A stretch of 45,478 nucleotides of DNA from a virus (IMGVR_UViG_3300021082_000050:1-45478); one strand, 5' to 3'. Numbered from the stretch's first letter, positions 1 through 9,504 are shown. Notes: generated from the letters alone by a model not told the origin. A program made the numbers and translations.

Positions 1-2331
1 AGCGACACGGCGGACGCGACCAATTCCGGCCGCGGCGCGATGCGGGCGATGACCAACATGGTGCCGGACTCGACCAGCCGCGGCATCTTCGTGTGCCGGC
101 CCGGGGCCATCGACCAGGTCGATTTTTCCAGTCTCATCGCCGCGACCTTCGTCTCCCAATACATCCCCTTCGGCAACATCGTTTACGGCATGGTGTCGAG
201 CGGGCTCAATCCCGGCAAGGATCAGCCCTTCGCCTACGACCTGGAGGCGGCGAGCTACCTGCCGGTGTCCGGTATCGAGGACCGCAACACGCCAACCTCG
301 CCCCCGGCGACCGGCGATTGGGTGCCTCCGATCATGGCGCGGGTGGGCAGCCGCATCCTGGTGACGCATCCGGGCTTCCCCGGCGACGACATCAAGTTCG
401 GCTGGTTCGACATTTCCGAGTTCTTTTCCATCGTCACGGTGGAGTTCACCAGCGGTCTGCCGTTCCTGTTCGGCGCTCCCTCGCTGATCGGGGTGCAGCC
501 GGGGCATCAGATCGGTGGCTCGGCGGTGTTCCCGGCTCAGACCCGGGTAAAAAATGTTTTTTATAATACCCAGTCGGTCTTCGACTTCGCCGGCAACAGC
601 CACGGCACCGATATCATCGACGGCATCTCGATTCCCGCGGCGATCGAGATGTACCCCGGAAAGACGGTGACCGGCCCCGGCGTTCAGCCCGGCACCACGA
701 TCCTCGGCACGCCGGCCGGCGCCTCGATCCAGTTGTCGCAGCCGACCACATCAAGCGTCGTGGCCGGGACCTTCCGCGTCATCGGCAACATCCCGGCGGT
801 CTTTCCCTACGCCTATCGGGGGGACTTCACGGCCAGCGACAAGTTCATCGCCAATGTCGGTATCACCACCGATCTCTATATCGGGCAATTGATTGTCGCC
901 GACCCGGCGCTGGTGCTGCCGGGCACCTACGTCGTGAACGTCTCCGGCACGACCGTCAACCTGACGCAGCCCCTCATCGGCACCGCCGCGAACCAGAATT
1001 TTTCCGCCATAGGGACGGTGATCGAGCTGACGGACGCCCCGTCCGCCAGCGGCGTCGGGCCGCTCTCGCTCAGCGGCGGATCGCCCTCCGCGCCGCTGTG
1101 GGGTGCCGGCGATACCGCGATCAACCCGCTCCCCTCGGTGCCGGTCGGCGTGGAACAGATGAATGGGCGGGCATGGTTTGCCGCCGGAGATTACGGCATC
1201 CCGTGGTCCGACAGCCTGCTGCCCTGCATCCGCACCGGCGGCAATCAGGCCCTGACGACCAACAATTCCCGTCCGGTGACGGCGATCGGCCCCCTGATGC
1301 TCTCGGCGCCGATCACCGGCGGTATCGTGCAGTCGCTGATCGCCTTCCAGGGCTCCGCCTCGATGCAGCAGATCATGGGCGATCCCTCGACCCAGAACCT
1401 GTCGATGAACATCCTGCCGGTGCCGACCGGGACGTTGGCGCCGAACACGATCACCACCTCGACCCTGGGCCTTATCTTCGTGTCGCCCGAGGGGGTCCGC
1501 TATATCGACTTCCGGGGGCGAGTGTCGGACCCGATCGGCCAGGACGGCGATGGCGTGGTGGCGCCCTTCCTCGCGGTCACCGAGCCGCCGATCGCCGGCC
1601 CCCGCGCCTCCCGCATGACGGCGGCGGCCAACGGCCGGACATTGCGGATCGACGTGCCGAACAGCGACGAGGAGATGGTCTCCTACTGGTTCGACCTCAC
1701 CCGCCGCATCTGGACCGGCCCGCACACCGGCGCGGCGCGGCTGGTCAAGGTCTGGAACGACACGTTCCTCATCTTCTCGGCGACCCGCCTCGTGCTGCAA
1801 CTCGCCGACGACACGCAGCACCCGGATTCGGTCTATGTCGAGAACGGCCGGGCGATGACCTACGAGTGGGAAACCTCGCTCCTGCCGGACACCGGGCAGA
1901 TGTCGATGAACACCATCATCGAGTCCTCGGTGATGGTGGCGCTGCCGCCCGGCGAGCAGGTGCAGATCAACTTCCTGACCGAGACGCGCGATGTCCCGGA
2001 CGGCGTGGCGGTGGCGGGGCTCGTCGTGCCCGTGGCGATCTGGGGGCAGGCGATCTGGGGGGTGACGTGGACGGGGCCGGACAGCGGCGTCATCCGGCAG
2101 CGCCAGATACCATGGACCGTGCCGCTGGTGTTCAAGCAGGGCCGGGTCAACATGCGGGGCCTGTCGAGCGCCGGCCTCGCCATCGGCAATCTTTACCTGC
2201 GCTTTCAGGTGCAGGGTAATATGCAGGAAGTGCCGCAGATACCGCCGGACCCGATGGCCGATTTCCTGCTGGCGAACGACGGGGTCACGATCCTGCGCGA
2301 CAATCGCATCGTCAACCTAACCCCGGGATAA
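1..2331 (+). CDS. Tail nozzle / head-stabilisation protein (P22 gp10 / tail tubular B-like); true start at 45419, continuing across the origin
   Basis: Frame is open from base 1 and joins in frame with ATG at 45419. Beta-rich, with 'GLIFVSPEGVRYID...SDPIG' and 'WFDLTRRIWTGPH' segments. Lies downstream of the adaptor gene and upstream of the spikes. Confidence 0.7.
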   Translation, partial: SDTADATNSGRGAMRAMTNMVPDSTSRGIFVCRPGAIDQVDFSSLIAATFVSQYIPFGNIVYGMVSSGLNPGKDQPFAYDLEAASYLPVSGIEDRNTPTSPPATGDWVPPIMARVGSRILVTHPGFPGDDIKFGWFDISEFFSIVTVEFTSGLPFLFGAPSLIGVQPGHQIGGSAVFPAQTRVKNVFYNTQSVFDFAGNSHGTDIIDGISIPAAIEMYPGKTVTGPGVQPGTTILGTPAGASIQLSQPTTSSVVAGTFRVIGNIPAVFPYAYRGDFTASDKFIANVGITTDLYIGQLIVADPALVLPGTYVVNVSGTTVNLTQPLIGTAANQNFSAIGTVIELTDAPSASGVGPLSLSGGSPSAPLWGAGDTAINPLPSVPVGVEQMNGRAWFAAGDYGIPWSDSLLPCIRTGGNQALTTNNSRPVTAIGPLMLSAPITGGIVQSLIAFQGSASMQQIMGDPSTQNLSMNILPVPTGTLAPNTITTSTLGLIFVSPEGVRYIDFRGRVSDPIGQDGDGVVAPFLAVTEPPIAGPRASRMTAAANGRTLRIDVPNSDEEMVSYWFDLTRRIWTGPHTGAARLVKVWNDTFLIFSATRLVLQLADDTQHPDSVYVENGRAMTYEWETSLLPDTGQMSMNTIIESSVMVALPPGEQVQINFLTETRDVPDGVAVAGLVVPVAIWGQAIWGVTWTGPDSGVIRQRQIPWTVPLVFKQGRVNMRGLSSAGLAIGNLYLRFQVQGNMQEVPQIPPDPMADFLLANDGVTILRDNRIVNLTPG

Positions 2332-2334
2332 GCA

Positions 2335-4464
2335 ATGGCCGGCGAGACCTTTGCCTTCTTCCTGGTGGAAGACCCGAACACGACGGCGTTGCCGCTGCCG
2401 TTCCAGGCGGGCGACCGCATCGCCGTGGTGCGCGGTACGGCGCCGAACGAGCGGACCTACTATGCCGCCGCGCCGCCGTTCACGCCCTACATCCTGGGGC
2501 CTGGCGACGGCCAGAAGGGCATCGACGGCGCTATCCTCGCGTTCTCCCCGACGATCCTCGACGCCGCCACGATGATGGCGGTCAACGGCGGCGTCACCGC
2601 CGCCTATGTCGGCGAACCTGTCACCATCGAGCAGGCCGGCGCCAATTTCTTCGCGATCCAGGCAGTCTTCGTGGCCGGCGGCACCGGCTACCGGGTCGAT
2701 GACACGATCGTCTTCCCCGGCGATGTCGTCATCCGGGTGCAGGCGGTAAACGCCGCCACCGGCGCGGTGCTCTCGGCCGATGCGAATGCCGTCCAGGGGT
2801 GGATCATCGTCGATGGCGGCGAGAGCACGACCAATCCCGCCGGGGCGCAGAACCAGACCGGCACCTTCGACGCGGCCGGGACGCCCGGCCCCGGCACGGG
2901 GGTACAGTTCTCCTTCACCTGGCAGCGCGTCAACCTCATCACCACGATCGCGGCGATCAACAGCGACACCCAGATCGTGCTTGCCGAGGGATCTCACGCC
3001 GGGGTGGATATTGCGGACATCGAGTGGGGATTTGCCACCGATGTCTCGGCGGCGATCAACGCCCACCTGGCCACCACCCTGGCCCAGGGTGGCGACCGGC
3101 GCCTCACCTTCCCCGGCGGCATCCTCGGCATCGCCAGCACGATCAACTACGTCAACGGCAACGCGCTGCTCGGCGGCGGCACCAGCGGCACGCGCGACGC
3201 CACGACGGGGCTGATGTGGATCGGCCCGCATCGCGGCACGATGGTCTCGAATGGTGACCCGGCGGCGCCGGTCGGCGTCACGCTGGAGGGCATCAGCTTC
3301 TTCGGCATGGGGGCGGCGGCGAAGGGTCTCCAGTCGCATGGCGACAGCGGCGGCACTTATTCGCAATTGTCGTTTACCGGGTTCCAGCAGATCGCCTGGG
3401 ACATCGACGCCTCGGCACTCTCGGCGGTCGGCTTGCGCATTCCCTTCGTCGGCGGCGACATCCGGAATATCTCGATCACGGCCAACCGCACGGCCTCGAA
3501 CTACTGCCGCGGCATCGTCATCGGCAGGGGCACCGGCATCGCCGCGTCGGATACCAACCGCACCGATTTTACCGGCATCCGGATTGCCCACCGCTACGGC
3601 ACCGGGTTCGAGATCAACTCGAACGACAGCACGACGATCCGGGATTATTTCGGCAACAGTGCGCTGGGTCTTTCGTTCGAGGGCCGCTGCTCTCCGGTAG
3701 GCGCCCCCTGGGACTATCGGATGTTCGATACCCAGATGATCCAGCTTCAGCCGATCGGCGGCATGGTCGTCCGGGGCACCAACCCGACGCGACCGCCGAC
3801 CAGCAATATGGTCTTCGGCTACAGCGGGGCGAACGGCTCCACCGCCCCGATCATCGAGCCGTCCGCCGAGTGCCTGATCGTTACCGCGAGGGGCCGGAAC
3901 TTCGGGACAGCCCCGAGCGGGCTATGGGTCGCCACTGCCGACGCGCTGGTCAATGACATCACCCTGACGCCGATGATTTCCGGCGGCTCGGGGGCGGGGT
4001 CGCACACGATCCGGGGCGGCACGCTTCAGGTCGGCACCCGCATCCGGATGGAGGCCAGGGGCGTCTACACCACCCCGGCGGCAAATGCCGCGACGCTGAC
4101 GGTCAACGCCGCCGTCAACTCGGCGAGCGTCGGCACGATCATCCTCCTCACCACCTCGACGCCGCCGATCATGCCGGCATCGGCGGTGGCGAAACCGCTG
4201 TGGGTTACCGTCATGGCCACGGTCAGGGCGGTCGGGGCCGCGGGCCAGATCGTGACGGATGGCGTCGTCTTCTATAACGGCGCGGCCGACAACGGTACGG
4301 TCAACCAGATCACCATGGTCCCGGCCGTGGTGAACCTCGACACGACAGTCGATCTGACACTGACCCTGGAGGGGCGTTGGTCAACCGTCGCCGGAGGCCA
4401 GCTCGTGACCCTGCAAAACGGGTCCTACCAGTGGGACATGGGCGGTCAAGGGGGGCTGTGGTGA
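2335..4464 (+). CDS. Tail spike/fibre protein, probable beta-helix domain
   Basis: 709 aa, G/T/A-rich. 'DVSAAINAHLA...LTFPGG' resembles the entry to a pectin-lyase-like beta-helix. Tail module position. Confidence 0.65.
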   Translation: MAGETFAFFLVEDPNTTALPLPFQAGDRIAVVRGTAPNERTYYAAAPPFTPYILGPGDGQKGIDGAILAFSPTILDAATMMAVNGGVTAAYVGEPVTIEQAGANFFAIQAVFVAGGTGYRVDDTIVFPGDVVIRVQAVNAATGAVLSADANAVQGWIIVDGGESTTNPAGAQNQTGTFDAAGTPGPGTGVQFSFTWQRVNLITTIAAINSDTQIVLAEGSHAGVDIADIEWGFATDVSAAINAHLATTLAQGGDRRLTFPGGILGIASTINYVNGNALLGGGTSGTRDATTGLMWIGPHRGTMVSNGDPAAPVGVTLEGISFFGMGAAAKGLQSHGDSGGTYSQLSFTGFQQIAWDIDASALSAVGLRIPFVGGDIRNISITANRTASNYCRGIVIGRGTGIAASDTNRTDFTGIRIAHRYGTGFEINSNDSTTIRDYFGNSALGLSFEGRCSPVGAPWDYRMFDTQMIQLQPIGGMVVRGTNPTRPPTSNMVFGYSGANGSTAPIIEPSAECLIVTARGRNFGTAPSGLWVATADALVNDITLTPMISGGSGAGSHTIRGGTLQVGTRIRMEARGVYTTPAANAATLTVNAAVNSASVGTIILLTTSTPPIMPASAVAKPLWVTVMATVRAVGAAGQIVTDGVVFYNGAADNGTVNQITMVPAVVNLDTTVDLTLTLEGRWSTVAGGQLVTLQNGSYQWDMGGQGGLW

Positions 4465-5795
4465 TGCTGCGCACTCGCGCTCGCGCTTCGATACGCCAGC
4501 TGATCTTCGCGGCCCTGCTGCTCCTCGCCACCGGCGGCGCGGCGCACGCCGTCTGCGGGCCGGTGCCGTTCATCTTCACCGATGGCACGCCGATCCGCGC
4601 CACCCAGGTCAACACCAATTTCACCCATGTCATCAACTGCTACAGCGGCTCGATCACCTCTCCTGGAACTACCGTCCTGAACTCGCTGGCCCTGTGGGGA
4701 AACACTTTCGGCACCGAATTGAAGGAAGGCAACAACGCGCCAGCCTTGCATCGCTGGGATTTCCCGGCCTCGATGGGGGGCGTTACAAATGCTTTTGCGG
4801 TTAACGTCGGAACCTATACCCAAGTACAAATACCCGTGCCGGTGCTTCAAGGCATATCCTCGATGGTGCGTGTACCGGATACCTGGAATACGCCATTCTG
4901 GGGGAATACCGCAATCAGCGGATATATCGAAGGCGGCGGCATCGGCGGGCCTAACCAGTCCGCCGTAGCGATGTTCAGCGTGGGTACGATGCGGGGCGAT
5001 AACGGCACTCCTGGAGGGGCCGGGGCGGTATGGGGAGCCAACTTCGTCGCGACCAACTGCCCCAAGATCGATTGTACTCCAGGCTCCGGTTTCGATTCCG
5101 GCATCACCGGCTTGGAGGTTAATACCAACGTCGTCGACAAAGGTGCCAACCCCGCTGAGACGGCAGTCAGGGGAATAATGATAGCTGGCGGCGGGCCTGG
5201 TCAGGCGCCGGTCCACGGTTCGTATGCAATCGAGGTGGCGACGCTAAGTACCAACGCTCCGTGGCTATACGGCACCTTCTTCCGCGACGGCGCCGTGATA
5301 AATGCTCACAACATAAACAAGGTTGTTGCAACTGGCGATGGCGACTCGCAGGCAGTTAACTGGAAAATGACGACGGGTGGCGCGGATAGGAGTATGGGCC
5401 TGCAATACAAGCAGGATGGGTACTTGGACTTTCTCGGGAACCCCGATCTGGGCGGCGTTCGCGCACTCAACCTGGATGCGCGGAACGCGATCAGGCTGAG
5501 CGGAGTGGACGCCATTACCTTGGGCGGCGGGTGCGTTAATTTTCTGAACGGGGTCAATGGACTGATGGCCGTGTGCAATACCACCCCGCAGAATGTGTTC
5601 AGAAACACAACCCATATCTTTCAGACGCTTGCCGGGGCCGTCGATGTAGCCAAGCTCCAGGCGGCCGGCGGGGCCGATACGACCGGCATGCTCCTGACCG
5701 TGAACAACGCCGCCGGCGTCAATCTTGCGACGGTAACGCTCGGGGCCAACGACAGCGGGGGCGTCGGCTTCAAAGCGCTGAGGGTGCCAAACTGA
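4464..5795 (+). CDS. Tail fibre/receptor-binding protein
   Basis: ATG overlaps the upstream TGA. N-terminal 'FTDGTPIRATQVNTNF' anchor-like motif. G/N/T-rich body with lower-GC codon usage. Confidence 0.6.
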   Translation: MLRTRARASIRQLIFAALLLLATGGAAHAVCGPVPFIFTDGTPIRATQVNTNFTHVINCYSGSITSPGTTVLNSLALWGNTFGTELKEGNNAPALHRWDFPASMGGVTNAFAVNVGTYTQVQIPVPVLQGISSMVRVPDTWNTPFWGNTAISGYIEGGGIGGPNQSAVAMFSVGTMRGDNGTPGGAGAVWGANFVATNCPKIDCTPGSGFDSGITGLEVNTNVVDKGANPAETAVRGIMIAGGGPGQAPVHGSYAIEVATLSTNAPWLYGTFFRDGAVINAHNINKVVATGDGDSQAVNWKMTTGGADRSMGLQYKQDGYLDFLGNPDLGGVRALNLDARNAIRLSGVDAITLGGGCVNFLNGVNGLMAVCNTTPQNVFRNTTHIFQTLAGAVDVAKLQAAGGADTTGMLLTVNNAAGVNLATVTLGANDSGGVGFKALRVPN

Positions 5796-5818
5796 GGAGC
5801 GCGATTTTTGCGGCCGCG

Positions 5819-6019
5819 ATGCTTCTGTCGGCGCAAGCTGCTGCGCAGGACGCGCCAGATCCGCGCCTCTCGGGGCCGATGATCCAGGCGCTTCAGGCGC
5901 AGGTCGCTCTCCAGGCCGCGATCATCAAGGCGATGGGGGAGGACGCCGAGGCGCAGAAGGCCGAATTGTGGCTTTGGTTTTTGGAGAGCAAAAAAGAAGC
6001 GGCCCCGAAGGACCGCTGA
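5819..6019 (+). CDS. Small hypothetical protein, short coiled coil
   Basis: 3' part of ORF 5573..6019, directly after the fibre gene. Start is uncertain. Confidence 0.45.
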   Translation: MLLSAQAAAQDAPDPRLSGPMIQALQAQVALQAAIIKAMGEDAEAQKAELWLWFLESKKEAAPKDR

Positions 6020-6033
6020 AAGGTTCAACACGT

Positions 6034-6100
6034 AAGCCCCTTAGCCTCGAAAGACGCTGACGAGGTTTCAGGAGCCGCCATCATAGCGGCGTCGGGGCTT
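6034..6100 (+). other. Putative structured RNA element (multi-stem)
   Basis: AAGCCCC(6034-40)/GGGGCTT(6094-6100) encloses GCCTCG/CGAGGT and GCCGC/GCGGC stems in an intergenic gap. Confidence 0.4.
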
Positions 6101-6139
6101 CCGTGCTAATAGCAAATCGCCTTTTGGCGGGAGGGGAAT

Positions 6140-6523
6140 ATGCGGAACTTGCGCACGACGGTTGCGGCACTCTCGCTGGGCCTGATTCTGGGTGCGGCGA
6201 CAGTGCAGCTCCAGGCGGCGATCCCGTCCGGCGGTGGCGGGTCCGGCCCGATCGAGCCGACCCCCGGCGGCATCATCGGCCAGGTCAACACCTATCTCGG
6301 CAGCTACCTGTCGGTGTCGGGGGCCTCGCCGACGGCCGCCAGTGAATTGCAGTTCTTCCAGGCCGGATCCTGGGCGACGAACAGCAACGTCGCCACCACG
6401 ATGACCTCATTGGGGCCGCAGGGGGCCTCGACGACGGTCTCAAAGTGGCTGACGGTGAAGGACAACACCGGCAACCCCGGCTTCATCCCGTTCTACGCCT
6501 GCGGCTCCAGCGCCTGCCGCTAG
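6140..6523 (+). CDS. Hypothetical protein with signal-peptide-like N-terminus
   Basis: GGAGGGG ribosome-binding site upstream. Hydrophobic leader and S/T/G-rich body. Confidence 0.6.
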   Translation: MRNLRTTVAALSLGLILGAATVQLQAAIPSGGGGSGPIEPTPGGIIGQVNTYLGSYLSVSGASPTAASELQFFQAGSWATNSNVATTMTSLGPQGASTTVSKWLTVKDNTGNPGFIPFYACGSSACR

Positions 6524-7360
6524 GGCCAGCACGACAAAGAACGGCACCATCGTCGCGGGGTGGGCGGAAATGAACAGCCCCTGCACGAGCCACGCGGCGA
6601 GGAAGGGATGAAACTCTGGTCCGCGACGGGACGCCTCGACAAGCAGCCACGCTCCGGCCGCCGCGCCAAGAAGCCCGGTCGCGGCGAACCAGTCGATGGG
6701 GACCGAGTAGAAGCGGCGGTAGAACATGCCGTTGGCGAAGACGAGCGGGGCATCGAAGCCGTTGCCGGTGACGAGGTGCCACTTGACGCCGTAGAGGGCC
6801 GCTTCCCACACCTCCAGCCGCTCGGTAACGGACTGGTCGCCACCGGCACGAATCATCAATACAGCGACGATTGCAATGATTGGCGCGGCGAGCGCTGCGA
6901 TGCGGCTGTGTCGCCAGAGCATGACGCAGCAGCCGGCCCCGACCGCCAGGAGCGCCCCACGGGACTGGGCGAGACAGAGGGATGTAGCGTTGGCCCCAAT
7001 GGCGAGCGGTTTGACCCAGGCTGTGGCTGTCCATTCTGTCGGGGGGCGCAGGCGGCGGCCATCCGGAAGATCCGGAAGGAACAGCATGATCGCAGCGAAG
7101 GCGCCGAGGTAGTTCGGGCTGACGAAGAGGGATGGCGGGCGTGGGATGAATGGCATCTGGGCCACGGCGCTCCCCGCCACTACGACGGACACCCAAAGCA
7201 GCGCGGACACCGCTTTTTCGCGGCCTGGGTCCGGTAGGACGACGAGGGCGAGATAGAGGGCCGCCAGGACCGCGACTCCGCCGCCGCCCGATCCGGGGCC
7301 GACGAGGGCCGAGACGCAGGCCGCAGCGAGAATGGCGAGGACGGCCAGGGTGATCCGCAT
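6440..7360 (-). CDS. O-antigen ligase/polymerase-like (Wzy_C) polytopic membrane protein
   Basis: Many TM segments. Motifs 'SPNYLGAF', 'AQSRGALLA', 'ERLEVWEAAL...LVTGNGF' and 'FAATGLLG' are typical of the WaaL/Wzy_C family. Confidence 0.7.
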   Translation of the reverse strand: MRITLAVLAILAAACVSALVGPGSGGGGVAVLAALYLALVVLPDPGREKAVSALLWVSVVVAGSAVAQMPFIPRPPSLFVSPNYLGAFAAIMLFLPDLPDGRRLRPPTEWTATAWVKPLAIGANATSLCLAQSRGALLAVGAGCCVMLWRHSRIAALAAPIIAIVAVLMIRAGGDQSVTERLEVWEAALYGVKWHLVTGNGFDAPLVFANGMFYRRFYSVPIDWFAATGLLGAAAGAWLLVEASRRGPEFHPFLAAWLVQGLFISAHPATMVPFFVVLALAAGAGAAGVERDEAGVAGVVLHRQPL

Positions 7361-7436
7361 CGCGGGCAGGCTGGCTCTCTGGTTGGGGTTTCTTGGGTTT
7401 TTAGCTTATACGCTGGATTTGATTTAAGGTGCAGTG

Positions 7437-7904
7437 ATGTCGATCGCATTGGATCGGGGACCGCAGGATGCCGGCTCGCTGCTGGATCAACTGAACGTGC
7501 TCCGCCGCCAGATAGACGCGATGTCTGGATTGCTTGAGGTGTACCACGCCGATGCCAGCGGCACGCAGTTCAACGACTTCAGCGGCAATGCCATCGGCTA
7601 CCTGACGACGACCGGGGACTATACCGAGTTTGCGCTTGCCGCCAGTGGCGGGGTGGAGATTGCCGCACTGACGGCAGCGGTTGACGGCGTCGGATACTCG
7701 ACCGTGAAGTCCCTGACTTCTCGTCTGATTGCGGATTTTGGGGTGGGGTTCAACCAAGCCGAACTGCCCGCTCCGACGCTCGGCATGGTCGCCCTGATCC
7801 TCGACAGCAACACCGCAACCTGGGGCGCCAACATCACCGGGACCGGCGCGTTTAAGGTGCTGGCCTTCTACAACGGCACCAACTGGACTGTGGTTGCCAA
7901 GTGA
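7437..7904 (+). CDS. Virion-associated protein with C-terminal 'LP..P..GM...DSNT..WG' module
   Basis: C-terminal ~50 aa are paralogous to the ORF at 45111-45419. Confidence 0.6.
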   Translation: MSIALDRGPQDAGSLLDQLNVLRRQIDAMSGLLEVYHADASGTQFNDFSGNAIGYLTTTGDYTEFALAASGGVEIAALTAAVDGVGYSTVKSLTSRLIADFGVGFNQAELPAPTLGMVALILDSNTATWGANITGTGAFKVLAFYNGTNWTVVAK

Positions 7905-7930
7905 ACACATCATCGAGCTTCGCCGGCGCC

Positions 7931-8023
7931 ATGAAGGGCAAGAGCAAAAAGACCGTGCGGGATGGTTTCCGCGCCGATGTCAGGAGGCCGCCGCCGAAGA
8001 AGCCGAAGGGGAAGAAGCGATGA
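7931..8023 (+). CDS. 30-aa Lys/Arg-rich peptide
   Basis: MKGKSKKTVRDGFRADVRRPPPKKPKGKKR*. Its stop overlaps the next ATG (ATGA). Confidence 0.4.
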   Translation: MKGKSKKTVRDGFRADVRRPPPKKPKGKKR

Positions 8024-8478
8024 TACAACGACATCGAGCAGGACAACCCGGTCCCAGCGCGAGGGGGCTCTGCGCCGCCCTCATCGTCGTGGTCTGCACG
8101 GTCCTCCTCGGCCTCGTGCTGTTTCTGTCACTCCCCTCGCGTGCCCACGCGCAGGCCCAGCAGCCCAGCAACTGCTCCGGGACCGCGAGCAGCACGGCGG
8201 GGCCGATCATCTTCCCGACCTCGGGCGAGACGGGGCCGACAGCGCCGACGACCTATGTGACGATCGCCAACCCCAGTGGCACCGCGACGCTCTGGCTGAA
8301 CGTCGCCAAGAGCGGGACCGCCATAGCCAACACCGCCGGGTCGTTTGCGCTGTCGCCGGTCGGCGGCGTCGGGCTCAATGGCATTTCGTGGTCACGCCAG
8401 CTCGGCTATTCGCCGCCGCTCACGATCTCGATCCTGTCGTCGGCCGCAACCTCGCCCTTCACATGCTGGTACAACTGA
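8020..8478 (+). CDS. Hypothetical protein with TM/signal segment and beta-rich domain
   Basis: 3' part of ORF 7894..8478. Hydrophobic stretch followed by an AHA-Q cleavage-like site. Confidence 0.6.
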   Translation: MIQRHRAGQPGPSARGLCAALIVVVCTVLLGLVLFLSLPSRAHAQAQQPSNCSGTASSTAGPIIFPTSGETGPTAPTTYVTIANPSGTATLWLNVAKSGTAIANTAGSFALSPVGGVGLNGISWSRQLGYSPPLTISILSSAATSPFTCWYN

Positions 8479-9335
8479 GGGCCGCGCTTGCTGCGCTGCT
8501 TCTGGCCGCGGCGCCCGCGTCGGCCCAGTGCATCGGGATCCAGTGCGCCACCGGGCAGCTCTCCGGGCAATTTGTCTCCGGTTACGGCCTCGACGGTCAG
8601 CCGGCCCCGAGCGGGGCCTACGCGCTGAAGCGGCTGCTCGCTTCCTACACGACCAACAGGCTCGTCCGCCTCCGGCGCTCCAGCGACAACGCCGAACTCG
8701 ATATCGGGTTTCTGGCTTCGGGCGCGATCAACACGGCGGCCGCGAGCGCGCACTGCGCCGCCACGCTCTGCTTCCTCGTCACGTTCTACGACCAGAGCGG
8801 CCACGCCCTCGATCTGACGCAGGCGACGCCATCCGCGCAACTGGCCTTCATCTTTAACTGCCAGAACGGCTACCCGTGCATGGAGGGCGTGAACGGCGGT
8901 CTCGCCGTCACTGGCCCCAGCGTCACGCCCGCGACCGGGATCGTATCGATCAGCGTGGTCGGGCAGCGAGTATCCGGCACCAGCGGCTGCACGTTCTTTC
9001 GTGAGAATGGCGCTTCAGGCAACCGCATCACCGCGGGAGCCGCGGCAAACATATGGGGGACGTTCCCGGCGCCCGGCACTACCATCCCCGCCGCCGATGG
9101 CGTGTTTCATTCGGCGACGGGAACGCTTGCCCTCGGCGCCACGGTCATAAATCTCGACGGCGTGGAAACCACCGGCACCACCACCGTAAACACGACGGCG
9201 GCGGGGTCTTCGATCGTCAGCATTGCCGCCACGACCTGCCGCTATATCTCGGCGGTATTCTGGGACAACGTGACCCTCACAGCCGGATCCCGCGCGACGA
9301 TCACCAGCAGTAACCGCGCATGGTGGGGGTTCTAA
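8463..9335 (+). CDS. Carbohydrate-binding / concanavalin-like (arabinofuranosidase-B-like) virion protein
   Basis: 'AYALKRLLASY...VRLRRSSDNAELDIGF...TFYDQSG' motif set. Signal-like N-terminus. Confidence 0.6.
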   Translation: MLVQLRAALAALLLAAAPASAQCIGIQCATGQLSGQFVSGYGLDGQPAPSGAYALKRLLASYTTNRLVRLRRSSDNAELDIGFLASGAINTAAASAHCAATLCFLVTFYDQSGHALDLTQATPSAQLAFIFNCQNGYPCMEGVNGGLAVTGPSVTPATGIVSISVVGQRVSGTSGCTFFRENGASGNRITAGAAANIWGTFPAPGTTIPAADGVFHSATGTLALGATVINLDGVETTGTTTVNTTAAGSSIVSIAATTCRYISAVFWDNVTLTAGSRATITSSNRAWWGF

Positions 9336-9348
9336 AGAGGACACCAGT

Positions 9349-9504
9349 TTGGAACTTCTGCTGATCGTTGTCCTCCTCGTGCTGCTGCTCGGCGGCGGCG
9401 GCTGGGGCTTCAGCCGGTACGGCGCGGGTGCGGGCATCGGCATCGGCGGGCTGATACTGGTGGTGCTCGTCCTGTATCTCGTGCTCGGGCGAGGGAGGTT
9501 CTGA
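9349..9504 (+). CDS. 51-aa two-TM membrane protein (DUF3309-like)
   Basis: TTG start after GAGGA. Reads MELLLIVVLLVLLLGGGGWGFSRYGAGAGIGIGGLILVVLVLYLVLGRGRF*. Not in the ORF track. Confidence 0.6.
   Translation: MELLLIVVLLVLLLGGGGWGFSRYGAGAGIGIGGLILVVLVLYLVLGRGRF

Noticed and set aside
1-6. Long terminal direct repeat
   Set aside because: Only a 6-nt overlap with the end, inside a gene. It is consistent with assembly circularisation, not physical termini.
6055-6100. Hammerhead ribozyme (CTGACGA present)
   Set aside because: No GAAA follows the candidate stem II.
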